From an uncultured virus (IMG/VR IMGVR_UViG_3300044701_004307) (taxonomy: Duplodnaviria; Heunggongvirae; Uroviricota; Caudoviricetes), in the IMG/VR virus record IMGVR_UViG_3300044701_004307: DNA of 20,000 nucleotides; one strand, given 5' to 3'. Of this stretch, positions 1-8,497 are shown piece after piece (position 1 is the stretch's first letter; each line of letters opens with the position of its first letter). The notes under the pieces were generated by a model that worked only from the letters and a program-made list of their open reading frames with translations, ran no database searches and was not told where the DNA came from. The position numbers and the translations under genes were made by a program.

Positions 1-98
1 ATTGCGTCATTCGACGCCTTCCTTTGAGTTTCGCGCTCCAGTTGCGCCGCTCGATTCGCCGCCTGGACTGTTTTCGCTGTTTCAATTAGTGGGTCCAT
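1..98 (-). CDS. Hypothetical tail-associated protein, 5' part (runs off window)
   Basis: Manual translation from ATG at 98: MDPLIETAKTVQAANRAAQLERETQRKASNDA..., open to the window edge. N-terminus resembles ORF 811..1062. Not in the ORF track. Confidence 0.75.
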   Translation of the reverse strand, partial: MDPLIETAKTVQAANRAAQLERETQRKASNDA

Positions 99-121
99 TT
101 TAATTAGAATGAAGGTCAGGC

Positions 122-808
122 CTACTGAATCTGGGGCCAGGTAACCGAAGTCGTATAGTCCTCGCCATCATCCGGGGAATAGGGAACTTGATCGACGTAG
201 GCTCGATCACCTTTTGTAAATCCACAATAAATATATCCAAAGTTTCCGCTCTGGTTATTTTTAGTGTTATCCAGGAATACCGTCGATGTCTGCCCCGGGT
301 ACGCCCCGGCCGGCCTAGGGACTACCGTGTTCAAGACGTAAGAATCTTCCGGTATTAAATATGACAATGCAGCTTTTGCTACGTCCTCATCAACCCTGCC
401 AAAAGATGCAAAATGAGAATTTATTGCGTCTGTCGAAAAGTCAATACTGTAAATGAATTGGCCACCAATATAAAGGTCGAAGTTGTCGTCAACAACAATA
501 TTTGTGTTGGCCACTATAATAAATCCGCCAATAGAGGAGAGCACTACCCCTTTCTCATCCTCGGGAGCGACGGTACCCTGATACCTCAAATCATCTCTGA
601 GAATTTTTTGCCGTTGTTCCGTCGGTAAAGCATTCCATTCTTCCCTTGTTAATACTCTGACCTGACCAGTCCTGGGATCGGTCAGGATTACTTTATCATC
701 AACAAAAGTTACACTATAACCACCCGATCCGTTGCTTGATCCATATCCCAAAATTTGATTTGTTTGCCAAAAAAGAGTGGCTTCTTTCGAGTATGGACGC
801 TTGATCAT
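122..808 (-). CDS. Hypothetical protein, probable minor tail/virion protein
   Basis: 228-aa ORF, co-oriented and tightly packed (2-nt gap) in the tail cluster; no recognisable motif. Confidence 0.7.
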   Translation of the reverse strand: MIKRPYSKEATLFWQTNQILGYGSSNGSGGYSVTFVDDKVILTDPRTGQVRVLTREEWNALPTEQRQKILRDDLRYQGTVAPEDEKGVVLSSIGGFIIVANTNIVVDDNFDLYIGGQFIYSIDFSTDAINSHFASFGRVDEDVAKAALSYLIPEDSYVLNTVVPRPAGAYPGQTSTVFLDNTKNNQSGNFGYIYCGFTKGDRAYVDQVPYSPDDGEDYTTSVTWPQIQ

Positions 809-810
809 TG

Positions 811-1062
811 TCAGAAAACCACCGTTAAAGGGGTTTTTTGACTCCTTGACCCTGGAACGTTCAATATATCCGACAATACGCGGGGGGCTCCCGCCATCCA
901 GCTCTGGTAAGAGCTCTTGACCGTTGACACATTGTACCGGTAGTACGCCGTGGCCCCCATCGACGCGGCCTTATCACCAAGCGGAATAGTCAAATTGGCA
1001 GCGCGAGAGACCTGTAAGTTAGTCTTTGCTGTTGCTATTAGTGCTTGCAGATCCGGATCCAT
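811..1062 (-). CDS. Small hypothetical tail-associated protein
   Basis: 83-aa ORF with 2-nt gaps to both neighbours; N-terminus MDPDLQALIATAKT...RAANL is shared with the gene starting at 98. Confidence 0.7.
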   Translation of the reverse strand: MDPDLQALIATAKTNLQVSRAANLTIPLGDKAASMGATAYYRYNVSTVKSSYQSWMAGAPRVLSDILNVPGSRSQKTPLTVVF

Positions 1063-1064
1063 TT

Positions 1065-1517
1065 TCAGTCATCAACTGCAAATTGAATTCGATAGGTAAT
1101 CGTTGAGCCCGGGGCCAGTGTGAGGCTAGGAGATTCTGTCAGCAGGGAATGAAGATAGAGCTCGTCAATGTAGCCGCCGACCCCATCTGGTTTGCCAAGG
1201 ACGACATAAACACTATTAAACGAATACCCCAGTCCAGTCGCCTCGAAGACGGCATCGATGTATTGATTGGCACCAGCAACGCCGCCCATCTCGTAGCGCT
1301 GATCGGTCGAATCATAGGCGCCAGTTTCAATGATATCCGTAAAATCAGCGTAGCCGTTACCAGAAATCTTAATTGAATCCCAATTCGCTACGGTCGAAGA
1401 AGACGTGTAACCCTGAGTGGTAAGATTTGCCAGGGAAACACGAGCCCGGTACCCTTCGTAGCAGAGGTCGGCAATGCGAGCTAGCTCAGGAGTGGCGATA
1501 ACAGAGGTGAGAGCCAT
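1065..1517 (-). CDS. Minor tail/virion structural protein (SGxGY-type beta protein)
   Basis: 150 aa; ISGNGY and DAVFEATG motifs parallel those of ORF 1557..1988; preceded by the late motif. Confidence 0.7.
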   Translation of the reverse strand: MALTSVIATPELARIADLCYEGYRARVSLANLTTQGYTSSSTVANWDSIKISGNGYADFTDIIETGAYDSTDQRYEMGGVAGANQYIDAVFEATGLGYSFNSVYVVLGKPDGVGGYIDELYLHSLLTESPSLTLAPGSTITYRIQFAVDD

Positions 1518-1535
1518 GGAGATTAATCGGATGCG

Positions 1536-1545
1536 TTAGTTTGCC
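1536..1545 (-). promoter_or_regulatory. Putative late promoter motif GGCAAACTAA
   Basis: Intergenic, 18 nt upstream of ATG 1517. Confidence 0.7.
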
Positions 1546-1556
1546 AGGGAGTCACG

Positions 1557-1988
1557 TCAAGCCACAGTCCAAGTCAAGATACCATCGTTACTCCAGGCAA
1601 TCTTAAAGTTTGTACTGTCGCCAGCCGATTGCGCTCCATCAAAATCAATGAAGGCTACGGGGGGAGCGTCTGTATCGGTGTCGTTGTAAATAATCGCATA
1701 CGAAGCCGTAATACTTCCGCCGCTTGCGGTCCAGACCGCGTCGTTAGCATCGAACTTGGCGTCGTTGGTCGTAGTAGTGGTTACCGCTACACCAGTAAGA
1801 GCCTGTCCTCCGGTCGTGTATCCAGTTCCGGAAGTCACTTCGGTTCCGCCGGTGGCAGCTAATGTAGAATGACTTGCGTCAAACGTGGCAGCAGTCAAAA
1901 GCTTGACCTTGTAAGTGTCTCCAGCAGCATTCGATCCATCCGCAAAACGCCTGGATGTGTGGTTATAAAGAGAAACTGTTATGGCCAC
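1557..1988 (-). CDS. Minor tail/virion structural protein (EVxSGTGYTxGG family)
   Basis: 143 aa, GTG start; EVTSGTGYTTGGQAL...FDANDAVWTASGGSITASYAIIYNDT...FIDF is a recurrent phage tail-region protein pattern. Confidence 0.8.
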   Translation of the reverse strand: MAITVSLYNHTSRRFADGSNAAGDTYKVKLLTAATFDASHSTLAATGGTEVTSGTGYTTGGQALTGVAVTTTTTNDAKFDANDAVWTASGGSITASYAIIYNDTDTDAPPVAFIDFDGAQSAGDSTNFKIAWSNDGILTWTVA

Positions 1989-2010
1989 CGAGTTTACTTT
2001 ATTCAGCCAC

Positions 2011-2020
2011 TTAGGGTGCC
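2011..2020 (-). promoter_or_regulatory. Putative late promoter motif GGCACCCTAA
   Basis: Intergenic, 22 nt upstream of GTG 1988. Confidence 0.7.
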
Positions 2021-2024
2021 GACG

Positions 2025-2789
2025 TCAAGCCTGCAGAGCAACGCTTGGCTCTAAAGCTAAAACCATCATCGCATTCGTAACAATGGCGGATAGATTGGCA
2101 GTGGCCGTACCAGTGGCGCCAGGCTCGGCTTTTACGCCCCGAAATACTCCGTATCCACCACCGTTACCACTTGTCGTTCCAGCTTCTCCGCAAGCGGCCA
2201 CTCCAGTGAGGCTTGGATTTGCAAAAAATTGAAAGAAGGTTGTGTAGGTCAGGTCATCTGGACGGCTTGCGATGTAGAGCACCATACTGTTATGTGCGAG
2301 TACATCGATGCTGGGCCAAGAAATATTTGGGCTTGCCGTGGTCTTGGTCGCGGTCGTAATCGCCCTGCCCGGATCTTCTGAGACCCTGGCATTACGAAAA
2401 ATATAAATTCCTGCCACTATGTGATCACTCGCCGCAGGTACTGTTACGTTTGCGGGAGAAGCAGTCGAAATTCTTTGCCAGAAAACTTGCATCTTAGACC
2501 CAGCCGTGGTTGCAACATCGACAACTGGTGAGCCAGGAAAAGAAGTCCATCCTGAAATAGCAATGTTCGCATTATTCCCTGAAGTCTCAAGAACAAGTAT
2601 GGCAAGGTCTCCAACATGCATGCCAAAGATCCACGGCAAAGACACGCTCCCAGTCGTGCTGGTCTGCGGAACTGTCGCTCCCACAAAAATTGGAGCGGCA
2701 TAACTGCCCGCCGCTGCACCACTCGATCTCAGGCGAAGTTGATTTACCTTAATATTGGCAGATCGATCTCCAGTTTTTAGGAAGCTCAT
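2025..2789 (-). CDS. Putative tail accessory / receptor-binding beta-sandwich protein
   Basis: 254 aa, Thr/Ala/Ser-rich; GDLAIL...GWT...VFWQR...IYIFRN pattern; 4-nt overlap with the upstream gene. Confidence 0.7.
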   Translation of the reverse strand: MSFLKTGDRSANIKVNQLRLRSSGAAAGSYAAPIFVGATVPQTSTTGSVSLPWIFGMHVGDLAILVLETSGNNANIAISGWTSFPGSPVVDVATTAGSKMQVFWQRISTASPANVTVPAASDHIVAGIYIFRNARVSEDPGRAITTATKTTASPNISWPSIDVLAHNSMVLYIASRPDDLTYTTFFQFFANPSLTGVAACGEAGTTSGNGGGYGVFRGVKAEPGATGTATANLSAIVTNAMMVLALEPSVALQA

Positions 2790-3136
2790 GTATCCTTGTC
2801 TCCAAGAATTTGAATTGTCACCATGCTACCTGTTGTCGTCTGCGCCTGAATAGTATCATTCAGATCGATCAAGGTGATCGGATAGGGCAGGTCCAGCATA
2901 AACGTCTCTTTGCTGACAATCAAAATCTCTGCAAACTGATGTACCGCACTGGCAGTCCCGACAGATCCGCCGCTGTCAGGCACATTGTAGAGCTTGATAA
3001 GTTCGGAAGACGTGTTGTTATTGAACAGCAAGAAACTTTTGATGTAAGTCTTCGTTGAAGACGGATTCGTGTAAACAGATCCAGTAGAGTTTGCGACATA
3101 CTGGATATCGACAAGTCTCGTGAATTGCCTTGCCAT
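2786..3136 (-). CDS. Small virion beta-sandwich protein (tail-fibre associated)
   Basis: 116 aa; VYTNP...YIKSFLLFNNNT...DTIQA pattern typical of small phage structural proteins found next to fibre genes. Confidence 0.7.
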   Translation of the reverse strand: MARQFTRLVDIQYVANSTGSVYTNPSSTKTYIKSFLLFNNNTSSELIKLYNVPDSGGSVGTASAVHQFAEILIVSKETFMLDLPYPITLIDLNDTIQAQTTTGSMVTIQILGDKDT

Positions 3137-3137
3137 G

Positions 3138-5825
3138 TTAAGTGTACAACTTAAGGAGGTCGTCTTCGATCATCTCGGTGACATCAAAGATCTCGCCTAG
3201 TGTTCCTGCATAGGTCGGCTTGATGCTAGCAACGGAGATATAGATAGGCTCAACGGCCACGCTAACGCCAGTAAAGACAGAAGGTGCGTAAGAGGACAGC
3301 GTAATGTTAGCACTCGGAACCTCGACGCTTGTCGTCGTAACGCCAATCTGCTGAGGCACAGCGGTCTCTAGCGCGATATCAACAGAGGGAATTTCAACCG
3401 AAATTCCATTATAAGCGATGTCGACGATTGGAGGCTTGGGCAGAAGGACGACATTGACACTTGGTGCTCCAATGATTGCACTGGTACCAGTGAGCGGCGA
3501 GACCAGCGTCCCTGAGAATGCAATATAAGCCCACAACGTGCCATCGGAGGACAACATCGAATTCTTTTTAACAGTAAAACCTGAAGAATCAACTGTTAGC
3601 GCATCTGTCGTGAGTGGACTCGAATAAGACGCCCACGGAATTGCCGAATTCCACCCCTTAATAGCATCAAAAGTGTAGGCAGGAGTAGCAGACCCCGAAG
3701 TGTATAGCACTTTTGCAATAATCATCACTGGCGCAAATCCAGTCTCAATCCGAGTGTCTACCGACGAGCTGCCGCCATGAGTCGCAGCATAAACTTTTCC
3801 GGGCTTTGACTTAAAGGCATGGTAGACGTATCTGAGGTCCGTGCCGGAATCTAGAACACCCGAAAGTCTGGCATATTTAGGAAGGGAGGGATTGTAGTAA
3901 TAGACTGGGCCATAAATGCTTCCTACGGAGATAGAGTCGTTAAATGCCATTCTTATTGAAGAATTATAGCCAGTTAACGCCCCAACCATGTAGCCCGAAG
4001 AATAGTTAGAAGTGCTTACCCTGGTAGACAGGATTACATCAGGCTCAGAGGTAAAGCCATGATAGATATAGGTACCTTGTCCATTAAGAATGCCTCCGGT
4101 ATTGTTAGAATTATAGTATCCATAGCTTATTGCATCTGGCTCAACCATCGCAAAAGTTGATTCGGCAATGTATCCATCGGTAATAGTTTGTTTCGTAAAT
4201 GAACGAGTGGATTGATTCCCTCCGAATACCCAAGCGCAGTAACCTACGCTGCTTTGATTCACGGATTGATTATTTCCGACTGTGAAACCATAAGATAGAA
4301 AGCTTGTTAACGTGTTCGAATAACTGGTCTCTCCATGCCCGCCGGAGAAGCTTCCGCCCTTAAGTGGGCCTCTCAAGCTGTCAAAAATTGAGATACCGTA
4401 AGTGTCATAATTATACGACTTTATCCAGACAAATGACGGTCTAAAGCCTAAATCAGAAATAGTTCTCGAAGAGCCATTACCCGTATATCCTACTGGCTTA
4501 AAATTATAGCCAGTAGTGTAAAAGGCATCTGTCTTAATCTTTAAGGTTACATTTGCAGCTCGATTTATGTACTGAAAAAGGGCAACGATTTTAGGCTTTA
4601 CCGCCAATCGCGCTCCCTTTATGACAGGAGGCGGGTCATAGGGCTGAGATGGGACAGGAAAGAAATTATCATAAAATAGAGCAGTTCCAATGATAAGCCT
4701 GAATTCGTCGATGTAACCAGAAAGATAATTATTAGTCGATGAATTGCCGATTTTTAGTGAGCTCGTCCCAAATCTTGGTTCAGTTCCTACGTTTGTAAAA
4801 AGCACAAGGGATCCATTGATATACGCCTTGAAAGTGGCGGTATCGCGCACGAAAGCAAGATGGAACCATGAGTCAGTAATATTGGAAAGAGTGCCAATAA
4901 TGCGTTCGACGTACGTGCCTGTAGAGGGGAACCGGTACCTATAATATATGGTCGAATTACTAATTGAAACGCCGTAATCCTCTGTCATCGGGCCTTCTTT
5001 CCCGGCGCTAAATAACCACCTATCTTGACTAGTGATCGAAGGCAGATAGAACCAAAAATCTAAAGTAAACTTAGAATTGCCAATCTCTAGCGATGGGTCT
5101 GTGCAGGAAATTGATGAAGTTGGTACCGTAAAATCACCGACACCGATGCCGATATTAGTTTTTACGTATGTTACTTTTGCGAATTGAGAGGTCCATGAAT
5201 TACCGACCTCATCAACAAAGTTGGTGCTTCCCTCGTACCCGTCCATGTGCAAAAGAACACTTGGCGAAGCACTGACTATTCCGTTTAAGGCATTGATTTT
5301 AGCCTTTGTCGACAACGTAACCGTTCTTCCGGATTCGGGAATTACTTCAGTAATTATTTTAAGAACAATTTTTAACGTGGCCTCTACTGGAATCCTTCTT
5401 GCTTGGGATAACCTTGTGTAAATACCCAGGGTGACCGGATCTGACTCCCGTGCCAAAACATAGGGATACGATTCGGTTACGACCTTTAGTCGAACGATGG
5501 CCTCAACCGGGAAGGCCTCTGAATATGGCTTAATTGTCCGCGTCGAGAAAAGCTCAACCTTGTAAACAGGACTGATGTATCGAGGCAGGATGTCTTGGAA
5601 CAGCCTGCACATGTCAGAGTCATCCCAGTCGGCAGGGACCTCGGCCGGATTAGCTGGAAGTGGATTTGGGTTGAAAATTTTATCTGGTGCAGGAGGCAGA
5701 GATGTCACTCCCTGTTGAATCGGAAACCAAGCAAAATTTTCTGTATTATTACAAAATGGAGTGGATGGAGTGCGGAAGCTTGCACCAACTCGAACTGTAA
5801 TTGTTGGGACAGTTTTAACAGTCAC
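3138..5825 (-). CDS. Tail fibre / receptor-binding protein with LamG (concanavalin A-like) domain
   Basis: 895 aa. LLHMDG...FTLDFWFY...WFHLAFVRD...YINGSL...GYIDEFRL is a LamG-like lectin domain; YTGNG...GFRPSFVWIK-type repeats follow, then C-terminal Val/Pro-rich repeats. GTG overlaps the hub stop codon. Confidence 0.85.
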   Translation of the reverse strand: MTVKTVPTITVRVGASFRTPSTPFCNNTENFAWFPIQQGVTSLPPAPDKIFNPNPLPANPAEVPADWDDSDMCRLFQDILPRYISPVYKVELFSTRTIKPYSEAFPVEAIVRLKVVTESYPYVLARESDPVTLGIYTRLSQARRIPVEATLKIVLKIITEVIPESGRTVTLSTKAKINALNGIVSASPSVLLHMDGYEGSTNFVDEVGNSWTSQFAKVTYVKTNIGIGVGDFTVPTSSISCTDPSLEIGNSKFTLDFWFYLPSITSQDRWLFSAGKEGPMTEDYGVSISNSTIYYRYRFPSTGTYVERIIGTLSNITDSWFHLAFVRDTATFKAYINGSLVLFTNVGTEPRFGTSSLKIGNSSTNNYLSGYIDEFRLIIGTALFYDNFFPVPSQPYDPPPVIKGARLAVKPKIVALFQYINRAANVTLKIKTDAFYTTGYNFKPVGYTGNGSSRTISDLGFRPSFVWIKSYNYDTYGISIFDSLRGPLKGGSFSGGHGETSYSNTLTSFLSYGFTVGNNQSVNQSSVGYCAWVFGGNQSTRSFTKQTITDGYIAESTFAMVEPDAISYGYYNSNNTGGILNGQGTYIYHGFTSEPDVILSTRVSTSNYSSGYMVGALTGYNSSIRMAFNDSISVGSIYGPVYYYNPSLPKYARLSGVLDSGTDLRYVYHAFKSKPGKVYAATHGGSSSVDTRIETGFAPVMIIAKVLYTSGSATPAYTFDAIKGWNSAIPWASYSSPLTTDALTVDSSGFTVKKNSMLSSDGTLWAYIAFSGTLVSPLTGTSAIIGAPSVNVVLLPKPPIVDIAYNGISVEIPSVDIALETAVPQQIGVTTTSVEVPSANITLSSYAPSVFTGVSVAVEPIYISVASIKPTYAGTLGEIFDVTEMIEDDLLKLYT

Positions 5826-7717
5826 GATTCACCAACCCCGCCCCAGAAAAGTGCATCAGTTGAAGCCACCATACCATTTGCATCGAACGTATATGAAGTC
5901 CCGTTAGTTCTGAATTCTGCGATCAAACCGTTAGCCTCGATGTACATGGGGGAGAAAGGTTCGATTGGCATCGAATTTGCAGAAACTTGAATGCTCAAAC
6001 CATTTCGATTCCCAAGCAACAATCTATTCTGTAGGTTCCCATAATTTCTTGCTTTTGTTGGTGCATCGGATGGGACTATGGTGAACTCTAGAGTGGGACC
6101 ACTGCCGCTCACGTCTGTCAAATAATCGTCACCAGAATAAGGAACAGAAAACTGAATCACTAACTGGCTTTCAGCCGAACCATTAATCCATTCAATCCCG
6201 GCCGTATCCGCTTGAACTAGTGGGCCATCCGGCACCGTGGAGGAGGCGGCGCTTCCTGTATCTATTTCGCCCCGGCCGACATTCGTTGCAATGGACGAAC
6301 TATCGAAGGTCATTATTAATGACTGAGCAAGCATGACACCAATCTCTCCGACGCCCCAGTTCCCGAGCTCAGTGTATCGCTCTATTCTTCTGGCGAATTC
6401 ATTCTGTCCTTCCGACGTGAACCCCTTCGGCTTTGAATTCATTGTTGTTACTACAGTCACGTCTTTCGCGTCATCATATTTGGTGGTGGTGATACTGCTT
6501 GCCAGGGTCCAGTCAAAGTACCCAAGGGCACCGCTGGCAGGCTTGGTGAAGTATTCACCCCAAGGCACTGGAACAGCCGCGTAGACCAATAATTGCGGGC
6601 CGGTTTCAACCACCGATTCCTGGATGGCTCTGCCCGTGCTATCGTAGGTGAATGTTTTTACACTTGACTTAGTAAAGGTGCCGCTCGCAAGTACGTCACC
6701 TCTCGCCTGAATGTATCCAGAGTTTATAGAAGAAGCCCCTTCAAGGTAATGGCCATTGCTGGACTGCGTCTCAGTTATCATTAGCCACTGCTTAGATGAC
6801 TGACCGGTCTCTGGATCCTCAACGCTCATCAGTTCATATGTTTGCGTCGTAGAAGCTACGGGGGTATAAGAGCCGGTAACTGTTATTTCTTCGCCTGGAC
6901 TATTCGGGTCAGGCTTATAGGTTCCCGTGACCTCTAACTGTACTTCCGATCCAACCGTTGAAGAGGACGTATAATCTCGTACAAATGCTCCAAATTCATT
7001 TTGCGTTACATCGGTAGTTGGTGGCTGAAGCTTCAAGTAGCTATAATTAGCTATGACAGTATCTCCAGGTAGCTCCCCTACATCGATAGGTGAGATATCG
7101 ATAATTTCGTCGATTCCAACAACAGGCCCAAAGCCTCCTTCTATGTTGATCGATTTAACCGTCAAAACTTCTTCTTCGTTTATGTATCCAAAGTATCCTT
7201 CTGACTTCAGCAAGTCGGACATCACTTGAATGTAGCCAGAATCTAGAGCGAATTCTTCAACGCTGAATTTATTTGTTAATGGGTTTTGATCTGCTATGAG
7301 CCCGAGCTCAGCCAGGCATTGTTCAAACACATATGCAGCGCTGATTGGCAAGGATGCGGTTGCTATCACGTCAGGAGGCGTCTCTCCGTTCTCGTCAACC
7401 GAAGTAGGGTTTTTAATTGGCGGCTTTCTGCCCTCCAGGTAGCTGAGGCGACATCCAAGCGCAATATTGGTGGTACCACGATATGGATCAGAAAAAACGC
7501 TCAAGACCCTTAGTTTCCGTGGCAGTCTCGAGGCGATGCCACTGCGAATATAGGCAAATTCAACAACCGTTCCGATCTCAGGTCTGTAAATTCCTTTCAG
7601 TAAAACCTCGCCTCTTGTCTTTATCAGGCCAGAATCTTGAATATAATCATCCGAAAAGGATCCGCTGATAACAGGACCGAGACTGCAGTAAACATCCGCC
7701 CTGATATCGATGGTCAT
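5822..7717 (-). CDS. Probable tail tip / baseplate hub protein
   Basis: 631 aa, second gene after the tape measure (canonical TMP-Dit-hub order); TAATG coupling with the upstream gene. Confidence 0.65.
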   Translation of the reverse strand: MTIDIRADVYCSLGPVISGSFSDDYIQDSGLIKTRGEVLLKGIYRPEIGTVVEFAYIRSGIASRLPRKLRVLSVFSDPYRGTTNIALGCRLSYLEGRKPPIKNPTSVDENGETPPDVIATASLPISAAYVFEQCLAELGLIADQNPLTNKFSVEEFALDSGYIQVMSDLLKSEGYFGYINEEEVLTVKSINIEGGFGPVVGIDEIIDISPIDVGELPGDTVIANYSYLKLQPPTTDVTQNEFGAFVRDYTSSSTVGSEVQLEVTGTYKPDPNSPGEEITVTGSYTPVASTTQTYELMSVEDPETGQSSKQWLMITETQSSNGHYLEGASSINSGYIQARGDVLASGTFTKSSVKTFTYDSTGRAIQESVVETGPQLLVYAAVPVPWGEYFTKPASGALGYFDWTLASSITTTKYDDAKDVTVVTTMNSKPKGFTSEGQNEFARRIERYTELGNWGVGEIGVMLAQSLIMTFDSSSIATNVGRGEIDTGSAASSTVPDGPLVQADTAGIEWINGSAESQLVIQFSVPYSGDDYLTDVSGSGPTLEFTIVPSDAPTKARNYGNLQNRLLLGNRNGLSIQVSANSMPIEPFSPMYIEANGLIAEFRTNGTSYTFDANGMVASTDALFWGGVGES

Positions 7718-8493
7718 TAAACGATTTCAGCAAGTGTTAGCGTGACCGTATATTGAACGATCTTTTCGCCATTGACTACTCTGTATTCTGCCGATGCAGA
7801 AGGTACAGAAACAGGGAAATACTGGCCGACGACTGGCGTCAAAATAACCGTGTCTTCATACCATTCACGCACTAACTCCCACCCCGCCTGAGTGGTCGTT
7901 CCTTCAATTTGCTTGATGCGGACCACTGAAGTGCTGCCAGTGACATAATGCTTGCCCGTCGCTGTCATTTGAAGCTCGGGCAGGCTGTCATAGGTGTCCG
8001 GTACCGACAACAGCGTCAGCACAGCTCCATTCAACACGAAAGTTCCGAGATCTGGAAGGTCTTCATTTGTCGCTTCCTCCTCCTGCGTCTCCAGGTCGAC
8101 CTCCCGGACCTGGGCGGCATCAGCGACAACAAAAGAGGTGCTAATAAAATGACCAGCCTGCTCACCTGCCGGGGCTTCCAGGAACCAGCAGTCAACGTCC
8201 GTCCAAGAGGTCCCTCCCGGCCCCTGGAACGAAAAGGCTACGGTCGTGCCAAGCTGCCCCGAGATGGGAATTGGATCGCCAAATTCATCGACCGTTTCTG
8301 GGTCTGGATCCGTAATCCTGAGATCACGCCAAGTGTCGTAGATCCCAATCAGTGTGGCCCACTCTGCCGGAGTCAACAGACCAGCAATGGCCCACTGCTT
8401 ATAGGTACGCCCTTTCTGCGGCCCTTCGCCGCCATATCCAAACGGCTGCGAGACTAAATTATTGAATTCCAGTGAATCAATCTGTACTGACAT
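7717..8493 (-). CDS. Probable distal tail (Dit-like) protein
   Basis: 258 aa, immediately downstream of the tape measure; apparent internal two-fold repeat. Confidence 0.6.
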   Translation of the reverse strand: MSVQIDSLEFNNLVSQPFGYGGEGPQKGRTYKQWAIAGLLTPAEWATLIGIYDTWRDLRITDPDPETVDEFGDPIPISGQLGTTVAFSFQGPGGTSWTDVDCWFLEAPAGEQAGHFISTSFVVADAAQVREVDLETQEEEATNEDLPDLGTFVLNGAVLTLLSVPDTYDSLPELQMTATGKHYVTGSTSVVRIKQIEGTTTQAGWELVREWYEDTVILTPVVGQYFPVSVPSASAEYRVVNGEKIVQYTVTLTLAEIV

Positions 8494-8497
8494 TTAA

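Noticed and set aside
122..5825. Diversity-generating retroelement or invertible tail-fibre system
   Set aside because: No reverse transcriptase or invertase, and no template/variable repeat pair seen in the window.
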